Below are positions 1 to 10,262 of a stretch of 64,000 nucleotides of DNA, piece after piece. The stretch's first letter is position 1. Every line of letters starts with the position of its first letter. The notes below the pieces were generated by a model that did no database searches, was not told the DNA's origin, and saw only the letters and a program-made list of their open reading frames with translations. The translations under genes were made by a program, and so were the position numbers. Origin of the DNA: Styela clava (lineage: Eukaryota); assembly GCF_964204865.1 (NCBI RefSeq), contig NC_135253.1, positions 15,376,001 to 15,440,000 of the forward strand, read 5' to 3'.

Positions 1-453
1 AGGAGCATCAGGCTGACGTAGGTATTTTACCTTGCTTGTGATAATTACTTTATGATGTTTTTGTGGATCATCGGTAATCTGCGCTGCAGGAGTTGGCGCA
101 GTTTTTATCCAGTCATGTTTTTTTGATAAATTATAGCTTCCAGGGCCTGGAGTCATGCGATGTTCTGATGCTATGTTAGCAAATCTGCGTTCTTGGTTAG
201 CCAGAGTGCGACCACCTCTTATTGAGAATTGAGGATTCTTAGGGTCATATGCTCCTGGACCAGGGGCGGCCATGACCGAGTCACCAACATGAAACATAGT
301 CTCTCTCCCAGACATTGATAAGAATGGGGCATATCCATCTGCTTTCAGCCACTTTGCGCTTGGTATACGAGGATCGTATGTACCTGGACCCACATTGTCT
401 TTTGTACTACCAACAAGATAGTTAGCTGTTGGTCTTGGAGCTCTATCATACAT
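1..453 (-). CDS. STPG2: Sperm-tail PG-rich repeat-containing protein 2, N-terminal part (runs off the left edge)
   Basis: Hand translation from ATG at 453: MYDRAPRPTANYLVGSTKDNVGPGTYDP...APFLSMSGRE...APGPGAYDP...TPGPGSYN, open to base 1. The MYDRAPR start, GPGxY repeats and APFLS match STPG2. Splice acceptor ttttccag lies ~25 nt upstream of the ATG. Confidence 0.88.
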   Translation of the reverse strand, partial: MYDRAPRPTANYLVGSTKDNVGPGTYDPRIPSAKWLKADGYAPFLSMSGRETMFHVGDSVMAAPGPGAYDPKNPQFSIRGGRTLANQERRFANIASEHRMTPGPGSYNLSKKHDWIKTAPTPAAQITDDPQKHHKVIITSKVKYLRQPDAP

Positions 454-1335
454 GATTCAATTTAAGTAAGATTTCGCCTGGAAAATATTTTTGTGGTACT
501 ATGTTATTCAATATATGGTTACCCAACGACAAGACTAGTAATTTCTACATTTTTACCATATTATGTTATATAAACTCTGAATTTATAGAAAATATAATAA
601 ATACACTATATAAATGCATACAAATCATTCATAATTCAAATTTATATTAACTCGGTAAAGTAAAAATATTTTAAAAGAATATTCGTTTCACTTTATATAA
701 AATATTTAAAGATAATAGCTAATATTTCTTTCGACCTAAATGTTTTGAAATAATTTGACTGTTGTCTGAGCCAGATAAAACTCATTTTATCGCAAAATTT
801 ACTTCACTATTTGATGAGTTTTGCTACTAAAAAACATGTTTCACTTGAGTAAATGAAATTTCGAAAGTGGGCCTGCAATCTATTAAGGTAAATTACTATC
901 TCAGAGCGTACAGTATTCTAACAACAAAACAAAGCCTAAATAATAAATGTTTCACACGTTTGTGTTCAAATAAAGAGTATATTTTACATCTTCAACCTTA
1001 ATCCGAGTGATATAATTTAGCAAAGCATTTATCATAAGAATCCCGCTAGGATATTTCAAGCCAAGTTATAAACGTGAATTGGTTAGAATTCGAAATTCAC
1101 ATCTATTGAATCGCAAGTCATTAAAACTCTTATCTCAATGTTACATCGGAAATATTGTGCTAAATACTCTAATGTTAAGTGTTGGCAGATTTAGAGCACT
1201 GCCACCAAGAGTACCGGTACCACGATTCGGCTAACAACACTGTCAGTGCTGCTCTAAAACAACATCGATAATGCGGAAAGACCTACTCGGCATAGTCGCG
1301 TAAAATGACAAAAGCTGTGGCATCCGAAGGCGAGC

Positions 1336-1348
1336 GTCGCTTGGCAAC
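1336..1348. promoter_or_regulatory. Candidate RFX X-box in the divergent STPG2/NUBP2 promoter region
   Basis: GTCGCTTGGCAAC resembles the RFX site GTYRCC(N0-3)RGYAAC and lies upstream of a ciliary/flagellar gene. Confidence 0.45.
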
Positions 1349-2503
1349 AAAACATGTAGTGACTGGAGTATATGAGGATAATAATGTTTTTGCTCTAAAC
1401 AAAATTAAATGATATCGTCATAGTTTCAAGTCGCGATGCGTAAATAAATGTTTGTGTATATATTATAACTTATCCAGGTAATGACTGATACCTCCTGGAT
1501 ACAGTATGCCAAGTATCGTATCGAAGGCATTGATAGTTTTAATAACTCTGATAAAAAAGGCCGCCACCAAGCATCGCAAATCAACTGTAACAATTGGCGC
1601 GACATAAACTGAAAATGCACAACAAGAGCCGACCATACGAAAATTACGTCACTACACTAGACCCCTGGTTTTCTGCTTACCGCACGCTTACCAAAGCATT
1701 TCAGTTGAGCGAGCAAAAAGTCTGCAAAATCGAACCCTTGACATCGTCCGACACGCATGGTGGTACTATAAAATCCGTGCTACCACCACAGAGATATATA
1801 AATATACATTTTTCCAGTTACCACAAATAAACACAAAACAGAGAAATTTGGGGTGAAATATCAGAACTCTAAAGTAAATTTAATCAATCCATCAATCATT
1901 TCATCTCTGAATTTGGGAATAAATAAATGGAATAGCCTTCTAGTGGTAGTTTAAAAACTACCACATGATATACATATATTATTCATCATAATTATACATC
2001 TCTTATCTATTAATCTATTTTATATCTCTCTGTGATAAAATAAAACAGCAATAAAGCGACAAACAAAATGCAGAGATACCTGTAAGGCGAGCATAACGTG
2101 AGAAAAAGTTAAAAACGTACATTACGTGCCCGTCCACCAAATCTACAGTATTTTTTTTTTTTTTTTTTTTTTCTTAAAGGTCCACGTTGTGGATTCATAA
2201 CAGTTTTGTAAAAATAAATAAATGATGAAAAAATCTACAGTATTAGTTTGAAAATTCAGCGTCTAAGCACTGCCCATACATCAATATGGACAAGAAAACA
2301 TTGCTCAAATATAATGGGCACAAAAGCCGCACATGCATGCAATTTGTCACATGAGAGTCGACTACTGAAGTCTTCGACTCTTCACATGCAGACATGTTAC
2401 CACAAGGTGCGCAATTTTTCATGCTTATGCTGTGATACTGCAATAGGCATATTTGGCAATAGCAGAATACTGGAATAGTGGAGATTGACTAAAAGATCTG
2501 AAG

Positions 2504-4322
2504 ATGGATAATTTGGAATCTGTAAAACATGTGATTGTCATTCTTTCGGGAAAGGGCGGTGTTGGCAAAAGCACCATTGCAACTCAGCTGGCATTATGTT
2601 TAACATATTCTGGTAAAAAAGTTGGTATTCTGGATGTGGATCTTTGTGGACCAAGTATTCCCATTATGCTGGGAGTTGCAGATGCTTCAATACATCAATG
2701 TGATGATGGTTGGGTGCCTGTTTTTGTTGACAAGGAGCAAAAACTTAGCTTAATGTCCATAGGTTTTCTTTTAAATAATAAGGATGATCCTGTTGTGTGG
2801 AGAGGGCCAAAGAAAAATGGCATGATAAAACAATTTGTTCAGGATGTTGTGTGGGATGAATTGGACTATCTCATTGTTGATACTCCGCCTGGGACAAGTG
2901 ACGAACATCTGGCTGTTTTAGAAAATTTGAGGTCACGAATAGACGGTGCAATCTTGGTTACTACACCTCAGGTAAATTTTAACTGACTCATTCATTATTT
3001 CAGTATTTATGCAATTTTAAACTGAGTATGGGGTGGTGTAGCCAGTCAGCGGACGATTTCATTCGAACCGCTATAAAGCAAAAACCAATATTTCTAACAC
3101 GTTAATTTTTTGACCTTAGGTGCTTTGGTATTTATTCTACACGCTTAACCTCGAATTAACTTTCTACGACCAGGGGTTAAAGGGTTAAAGCTATACAAAC
3201 CACTGAAGTATGACACTCTGAAGACATATTTGCGACCGAACGACCAGTGTGCGACCACGGATTTCAAGCCTTGAACATCGTTTCTGCTGCGTCGAGACTA
3301 GGGCATACACAGCCATGCGTGAAAAAAATGGACGCTAATTGCACTTCTGACCGTCATATATTTTAAGAACACATTTATTTCGAACAAAACTTGTCAAATT
3401 ATAAGCAAATCACAGCAATCAAACAGACAAAAACACGGGGGTTGCAAATTGGTCCACAAAGATATTATCGAGGTATTGGAAATGTGCACCCCCCTATTCC
3501 CACTCCTTTAAATGTAAAAATGCCAAACTTTAAAGATGGTTAAAAGAAACACAACGCTACCCACCTGCCAAGTTTCATCATTTTATCTTATATTTGTATG
3601 GTTTTTCAAGCTATTTCAAAGGGACAATGGGTAGTTAGCGACATGGAAAAATGGGTCGTTTTTTTTCTTCGGTTGGGTTTTCGGTCATAACTTTTTGTTT
3701 GTGGCCCCATTTTTGTGTAATTTCGCAGAGCCACGAGGGATAAGTGGACGATAACGCGTGAGAAAAATCATCGTGGTACTTTAATTTTTTCGGCAATAAT
3801 TTAATCGATGAAGTTGATGGTCGCAAATAGGTCGTGGCCGCAAAGTGGGTAAGCCACCCTAGTTAGTTCAGCAAAATGTTTTGCTTGTGTTCAAGAGTTA
3901 AGATTTATTTGGTTATCTAAACTAGATTGAATATTGAATGAGTGTAAAAATCAACCCTAAAAAATAATACATTTTCCGATATATATTATTTTTTTTTTCA
4001 GGCTGTTGCAATAGCAGATGTTCAAAGAGAACTAACTTTCTGCAGAAAGACAAAGTTGCCTGTACTGGGGATAATAGAAAATATGTCTGGATATGTGTGT
4101 CCGCATTGCTCTGAATGCTCTCTTGTATTTTCCCAAGGAGGCGGTGAAGAACTGTCTATCAGAGAAGATGTTCCATTTCTTGGGCGTGTACCACTTGACC
4201 CACAGTTAACATTATGTTTGGAGAATGGCCAAAGCTTTCTTGAGGCTTTCCCAAAATCATCAACAATAGACGCTATTAAGAAAATTTCTCAGAAATTTAT
4301 TGATGAGAATAGTATAAAATAA
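2504..4322 (+). CDS. NUBP2: Cytosolic Fe-S cluster assembly factor NUBP2/Cfd1; exons 2504-2971 and 4002-4322, 262 aa
   Basis: SGKGGVGKS Walker [31 protein letters not shown]|AVA joined by a phase-0 GT-AG intron, and [11 protein letters not shown]. It lacks the N-terminal Cys cluster of NUBP1. Confidence 0.95.
3030..3860. mobile_element. Possible MITE filling the NUBP2 intron
   Basis: Imperfect terminal inverted repeats ggggtggtgtagcca / tgggtaagccaccct; no coding capacity. Confidence 0.3.
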
Positions 4323-4605
4323 ACATGCAGTTTATCTGCTTTGAGAAATGAAGTTGACTTCTTTTTCAAGCAGTCATTTTAGTTGGGCAGATATTAGATT
4401 CATAATTGGCATGCTTCTGAAAATCGAGAAATCAATTTATTTTGCAATATAATAGAATTGATGAAATACTTAACTTTCATGTGAATTTATATTATGTCTT
4501 AGTCTCTCTTTTCTTAGCTTATATTATTTTACATATTTCAGTTATGTAGCATAACGAAAATATATAGGTTGAATAATCACTACTTATAAACAAATAACAT
4601 CAGGA

Positions 4606-5460
4606 ATGTGTATTGTATTTATACACTGCAATAATGATGTGGGAGCCAAATATAAGTTAATAATGGCCGCCAATAGAGATGAATACATGAGTAGACCAAC
4701 TAAATCTGCTGACACTCATCCCGATTTCTCACATATTATCTGCGGAATCGACATGGAATCTGGTGTGGAAGGGGGGACATGGCTTGGAGTTACAAAATCT
4801 GGAAAATTTTCTGCCTTGACGAATGTGTTGACTGGATCTCAAGATCCTTCCAAACTACCAAGAGGGAAACTGGTTATTAACTATTTGAAAGAGGAAGTTG
4901 ATCCTATGGATTATTTGAATTTACTGCAAGATAAGCAACATAGACAGTTCAACATGCTTGCAGGAAAAATTGATTCGTGTGGAAAAATTTGTCTGGGATA
5001 TTATAGTAACTGGGATGACAAAAATCCGAGGTTGTTGACAGACAAAACCAATGTAGTAGCATGTACGACCTTGAATGGAGATTGGAAGAAAATTGAACAT
5101 GGTCGAAAAACTTTTGATAAAATTATTGAGAATAGTCATGCCATGAGTCCAAATGATTTAACCAATTGCTTGTTAGAGTCTTTATTATCTGATACAACTT
5201 CATTATATCCTGATGAAATTGTAAGGAAACAATGCAATGGAGCTTTGGATGATACAATACTAGAAAAATATTGCTCTGTCATGATCAGTGGGTTAGGATT
5301 GTATGGCACTAGGGTACAAACTGTTGTTTTAATTGATGAAAACAATCAGCTACATTTCACAGAAATGGCGCTAAATGGATCTGATGGTGCAGATGAGACT
5401 GCCTGGTTGAAAAGTTCTTATACATTCACTGTGAAAGTAACTGATACTAGTTCAAGTTAA
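4606..5460 (+). CDS. TANGO2: Transport and Golgi organization protein 2 homolog (NRDE family), intronless, 284 aa
   Basis: MCI N-terminus, AANRDE, GGTWLG, RGKLV and YGTR motifs. Unpaired acceptors ttcttag (4517) and tttcag (4541) lie upstream. Confidence 0.95.
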   Translation: MCIVFIHCNNDVGAKYKLIMAANRDEYMSRPTKSADTHPDFSHIICGIDMESGVEGGTWLGVTKSGKFSALTNVLTGSQDPSKLPRGKLVINYLKEEVDPMDYLNLLQDKQHRQFNMLAGKIDSCGKICLGYYSNWDDKNPRLLTDKTNVVACTTLNGDWKKIEHGRKTFDKIIENSHAMSPNDLTNCLLESLLSDTTSLYPDEIVRKQCNGALDDTILEKYCSVMISGLGLYGTRVQTVVLIDENNQLHFTEMALNGSDGADETAWLKSSYTFTVKVTDTSSS

Positions 5461-6102
5461 TTTTCAGTAGAGTGGTCGTACGTAACTTTGCTCTGTTTTG
5501 TTAAGCACATATCCAAATTGAATTCAAATCCACATTAGTAATATTCGGATGTTAGAATCAGTCCCGTCAGCAAAAACAATATCATTTTGACATACATCTT
5601 TTGTTATATGTTCTCATGCCTAATGTATGCAATGTTGGTTATTTTGACATTTATATGCAATAATTTTTACAGCATACAGTACAGTATTTCCTCTTAGAAA
5701 TTGAAATGTTGTTGTTTGCTACAATTGTGTGAAATTAGCATTGTGTAAGGGATTTTTGTTTTTTTAAGTGAACCCAACTTTCTATGTTGATATAGTTTTT
5801 ATATGTCGCCAATGCGTCTGTAATTTCATATAGATAATTATTTATTCATAACAAATCTGTACAGACTTAGCGGGCATTGATTGTGGGGTCTGTAATTATA
5901 GTTAAACCATCAGTCCATGTCATTTACTGCTGATAATAATTTTATGATACCTTTCTTATAAATTAGTGTGAACATTTTTCTGCATCAGTAAATGTAGATA
6001 TTTGAAATCAATTTTTAAAAGCTTGTCAAATATTTAATAACATTATATATTTTTTTCCAGGTTATTGTTGAAATTAGCCTGAGAGTGTGACAATGACAAA
6101 AT

Positions 6103-6273
6103 ATGCCTTCTAGCAAAGATATAACTCTAATTGTATCATCGGTGAGCTGTTTTGTAATTGGGTTCATTGCTGGATATCAGTTTTGTTCTCAACGTAGAAG
6201 GTGGTTACAGTGGCGGCACGACAGGCTAAAAAAGAAATTGAATAGCACAAGGAAAAAACTAGATGTATCGTAG
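6103..6273 (+). CDS. MTLN: Mitoregulin homologue, 56-aa mitochondrial micropeptide
   Basis: MPSSKDITLIVSSVSCFVIGFIAGYQFCSQRRRWLQWRHDRLKKKLNSTRKKLDVS. Same length as human MTLN and aligns ungapped with about 23/56 identities against the human sequence as recalled (F17, G20, G24, Q26, RRR, L35, WR, RL, KL, T49, KKLD). Strong acceptor ttttttccag at 6051-6060. Confidence 0.9.
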   Translation: MPSSKDITLIVSSVSCFVIGFIAGYQFCSQRRRWLQWRHDRLKKKLNSTRKKLDVS

Positions 6274-6275
6274 CC

Positions 6276-7466
6276 ATGGCTACGACTTGGCATATTCAGA
6301 AAACTATTGCTCTCTGCTGTAACAAATTTTGTGGAACCATTGTCAGGTCAAAATTTAATTATTTTGGTTCAAAAAGCTTTCTGCAATATAGATATCTATC
6401 CGACAAGAAAATGTTATGTAAAAGGCAATATTCAAGTCGTCCGAGAGAATTAAATTTCTTGTCAGACATTGAAGAATATATTGAGCGTGATTTCGTTTTG
6501 AATGATCTGAAGAAAAAATTGGATGAGGAAAACTTGCCAGCATTAGTCACAACTTCCTCACTTTTAGAAAAGTGTCAAAATATTGATGATGTTTTGTTAG
6601 AAGTTCAAAATGCTGTCAGAGGTGGAAAATTATGGAAAGATGAACTGGTTTTGTACATTAACGCTCTTGTGAAAGTTAAACAGTCAAATTCCAATCAACC
6701 AAGAAGCGTTGATGATTCTATCAATCTAACACGAGAAAATCGGTTGCAGTTAATGGGAGATTTGAAGGTAGATAATGCTTCCATTATTGAACAAAGGAAA
6801 CTGTTGAATGACCCATATTTTCAATATCTTGTGAAGGAGGTTCTCTTACATTCATCTCGTTTTACTACATTTGATTTATCATTCGTATTTCTTAATTTTG
6901 TGATGCTACGAATTCCAAGTGACAGTGCAGTGATGTCCATTCTGGTAACAATTCTTCAAAGACGGATAAATGAATTCTTTCCATCGGATGTCACTAGATG
7001 TATTATGGCAATAAATATGATTGCACACCAACAATCTGTACAAATAGGTTCACTGTATGATGGGCTCTTTATGCATCTCGAGAATCAAGCCATTGATGAC
7101 CCAACCTTTGTTCGTATACTAACTCAAACTACTCTCATTCATCAAATTAAGCTGCTGAGGTATGCGGGCTCCTTGGCATCACCAAATTTGAGATCGACAA
7201 TATATTATTCTATTGTAGAGTCTGTTAAACGACGACGAGATATCAGATTTCATAACATACAAGAAGCCACTGCCATTTTGCTTGCATTAGCAACGACTCG
7301 AATCAAGCACCCTAACTTTATACTTGGTGTTGCAGCTAAATATTTTACTGAAAATGAGGGATCATTGAATACTGGTCATCGTATTTTGATACGGACTTGT
7401 CTTAGAAAGCTTCGTTTATCAGATAGTCGTCCGTTACAACAAATGTTGGCTATTTCTCAAGAATAA
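6276..7466 (+). CDS. FASTK-family (FASTKD2-like) mitochondrial protein, 396 aa, apparently lacking the C-terminal FAST/RAP region
   Basis: Basic, acid-free N-terminal presequence. The segment EQRKLLNDPYFQYLVKEV...FVMLRIPSDSAVMSILVTILQRRINEF resembles FASTKD2 (EKRLMFSHPAFNQLCEHM...[27 protein letters not shown], recalled). GCCATGG Kozak context; AATAAA overlaps the stop. Confidence 0.7.
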   Translation: MATTWHIQKTIALCCNKFCGTIVRSKFNYFGSKSFLQYRYLSDKKMLCKRQYSSRPRELNFLSDIEEYIERDFVLNDLKKKLDEENLPALVTTSSLLEKCQNIDDVLLEVQNAVRGGKLWKDELVLYINALVKVKQSNSNQPRSVDDSINLTRENRLQLMGDLKVDNASIIEQRKLLNDPYFQYLVKEVLLHSSRFTTFDLSFVFLNFVMLRIPSDSAVMSILVTILQRRINEFFPSDVTRCIMAINMIAHQQSVQIGSLYDGLFMHLENQAIDDPTFVRILTQTTLIHQIKLLRYAGSLASPNLRSTIYYSIVESVKRRRDIRFHNIQEATAILLALATTRIKHPNFILGVAAKYFTENEGSLNTGHRILIRTCLRKLRLSDSRPLQQMLAISQE

Positions 7467-7903
7467 ATTTGTAAATCTTTCATTTATTTTTGATTATTTG
7501 GGATGGGCAAGACCGATTTGAATTTTTAGTGAGAGCCTTTCAAACGAAAGTCTCCTAGGTGCACGGAGGGGTTTGGATTTGCTCAATCCCGTAAATGCTA
7601 TTCATGCGATGGTCGAGAGAAGATGAATGAGAACACAGCTACAGACATAGCTCGCTTCTTTCAATGAAGTGATTCGGTATTCTAACTAACTTAACGAACA
7701 GTTAAGAAGTTGACCAGAATATTTGAGTAAAAAATGCTGCGGTACTCGAACGGCAATTCGTTTTGTCGTCGCTTTTTCGGTCAAGATTCGTAATCTGTGG
7801 CTTCACTTATTGTTGTCAGCATATGCACATCTCTCCGTGGGTACCTGGATAAGGGAAAACCATATTCTACTGCTTGACGATATTTGGGTAATGCGCAAAT
7901 ATG

Positions 7904-8076
7904 TAGGATTTAGGATAGGATTTACATAATTATCCCGGGGGAGAAGAAAGCCGATAAGACGGCTTAATCATATGGCGAACCGCAGCCTCTCGACCGGTTA
8001 CCAGTCCAGGTCGGGCATGGGATCAGTTAGCTAGTTATTTGTTTTCGGAAGCTTGGACTTGATGGTGGAGGAAGTT
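7904..8076 (-). mobile_element. 3' part of a tRNA-derived SINE
   Basis: Reverse complement ends tctcccccgggataa..atgt..atcctatcctaaa, the same tail as the SINEs at 25880 and 43489. Confidence 0.6.
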
Positions 8077-8620
8077 CACAATTGTATTGCGTTTTTATAT
8101 ATATACTGTATATTAGAGATGTACCGATACCACTTTTGTCGCCGATACCAACTAAAAATGCCGATATTACAAAACAGCCGATATATATTCCGATACCGAT
8201 ACTATGTAAATATTACCTTAATTTAAGTGTGCTGTGTAGGGCAGACGGGTTAAAACAATGGTCTTTGATCGTTATTCATAGCACACAATATTTTAGATTG
8301 AAAAAGAAATATATATATCACATAATATGAAATTGATGATTGGTATCCACATGCATTAATTAATTCAGATGCTTTGTGCACCGACGTTAGTAATCTCGGT
8401 GTTGAATTAGAAAACTTATAGGCCGGGATGTGCAATTCCAATTTAGTATTAATATCGCGACCTTCGAATATCGTTTTTCGTGTTTAAAAGAATAACGAAT
8501 ATCACCCACGCATTCTAGCGCCGCCGCCCTACGTTTTAATTTAAAGCATTTTTAAAATATTTTGCTCTTTAATCGTAATCGCCGTGGCAATATATTACAA
8601 TCAAAATAAAAGGATATCAT

Positions 8621-8953
8621 CAGGCTTGTCCATGGGATGAAACAGCACACTTTTTTTCCCCATGGGACACGAAAACTGTATAATTTTCGGGGAAATGATG
8701 GTAAAACATTTCGTTATGGACTTCGTGTCCTTATATATGAGCATAGCTCTCTTGTTAGTTATGAAGAGTCCGTAAATTTTGTTGTTTTGCATGTCTCTTC
8801 GTACATTTAGTCCTATTTAGTAGACGCTAAACCTAAATTTAACAATTTTCATTTAATTTTATTCCAATGGGAATCCCATGGGATGGGATGGGACAGGCAT
8901 AATTGCCATGGGATGGGAATGGGACAGAAAAATATGTCCCATGAACAAGCCTG
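8621..8953. mobile_element. hAT MITE (CAGGCTTGTCCAT family) nested in the 8114-9997 element
   Basis: TIRs caggcttgtccat / atgaacaagcctg, TSD gatatcat/gatatcaa, internal atggg repeats. Confidence 0.85.
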
Positions 8954-9089
8954 GATATCAATCAGCACCGACTAGAAGTACCTACAAAACGTCGAGAATG
9001 TTTTTCATTTTACTATTTTATAATATTTCACAATTACCATCGTATATTTTGAGACATTTTAGGCTGCCACGCCAATAAATCTATGAGGA

Positions 9090-9775
9090 AATCGTGTTTT
9101 AAACAAAATTAAAATTACTGAAACCATAATATTTATTACCTGCGTAGAGGAATAATCGTGCTGGATTTAGTTTAACGACGTCGACAGACTAAATGACACT
9201 CGCGCTTGACGATAAATAGTCAGAATTCATAGCGTGCCAAAAAAGTGCATGTGCTGTAAAAAATAATTCATATTCCACTGTATAATTTAAAACTGGGCGC
9301 CTAATTGCTCATTTTTCTGGGCTGTGTTGATATATTTCTTCATAATCACTATGTATAGTATGTAGTATTAAAATGTCAATATAAAACTCTGGCAGCCATA
9401 ATAGCCAAATTAGTTGAGCTAGTGTTTAGTTGAGCTAGTTAAAATCGTGTTTTAAACAAAATTAAATTACTGAAACCATAATATTTATTACCTGCGTAGA
9501 GGAATAATCGTGCTGGATTCAGTTTAACGACGTCGACAGACTAAATGACACTCGCGCTTGACGATAAATAGTCAGAATTCATAGCGTGCCAAAAAAGTGC
9601 ATGTGCTGTAAAAAATAATTCATATTCCACTGTATAATTTAAAACTGGGCGCCTAATTGCTCATTTTTCTGGGCTGTGTTGATATATTTCTTCATAATCA
9701 CTATGTATAGTATGTAGTATTAAAATGTCAATATAAAACTCTGGCAGCCATAATAGCCAAATTAGTTGAGCTAGT
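9090..9775. repeat. Near-perfect tandem duplication of a ~335-bp unit inside the hAT element
   Basis: aatcgtgttttaaac...attagttgagctagt occurs at ~9090-9424 and ~9443-9775. Confidence 0.9.
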
Positions 9776-10262
9776 TTGGCTAGTAAATATTTTAAAACAG
9801 GTGAATCCTATTCCCGTTACTACTCGCGGGGGTGGGGAAATGCATGGCCCATAGTTCACGATCTCTCCGGACAAAAAATAAATTAAAAAGTAAAATTTTA
9901 AATCGGAAATATCGGTATTATTTTCGACGATACCGATACATGACCGATACCAAAAAATGGCCGATATTGCCGATACCGATACATCGGTACATCTCTACTG
10001 TGTATAATTTAAATCACCCAATTTGCTCCGGAATAAATTGATTTTTCAAAATGCTAAGCAAACATATATATATATAAAATAAATATGGGATTTTTTATGT
10101 ATTTCCCAACGTCTTGCGAACAGATGTCAGTTCTTTAAGAGAACGTTCCAGGCAAACATCGCGGTTGTTATGGTGTGAATATTTTGTTATTCATAAACCA
10201 GTCTACGTGGTGGAAGCATAGCAAAGCAACACTTCTCTATACTATAATATTAGTAGCCTACA

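Larger units (their letters stand above)
8114..9997. mobile_element. Non-autonomous hAT element
   Basis: TIRs TAGAGATGTACCGAT / ATCGGTACATCTCTA, subterminal ccgata repeats, 8-bp TSD ctgtatat/ctgtgtat. Confidence 0.85.

Noticed and set aside
1190-1258. Imperfect inverted repeat ttagagca...tgctctaa
   Set aside because: Too short and imperfect to support a MITE or structured RNA call.
2222-2501. C/D snoRNA upstream of NUBP2 (ATGATGA ... CTGA)
   Set aside because: Box spacing is long, there is no terminal stem, and it lies downstream of an acceptor rather than within an intron.
8114-8200. Short ccgata repeats resembling an array or CRISPR
   Set aside because: Subterminal repeats of a hAT element; no repeat-spacer periodicity, and the context is eukaryotic.
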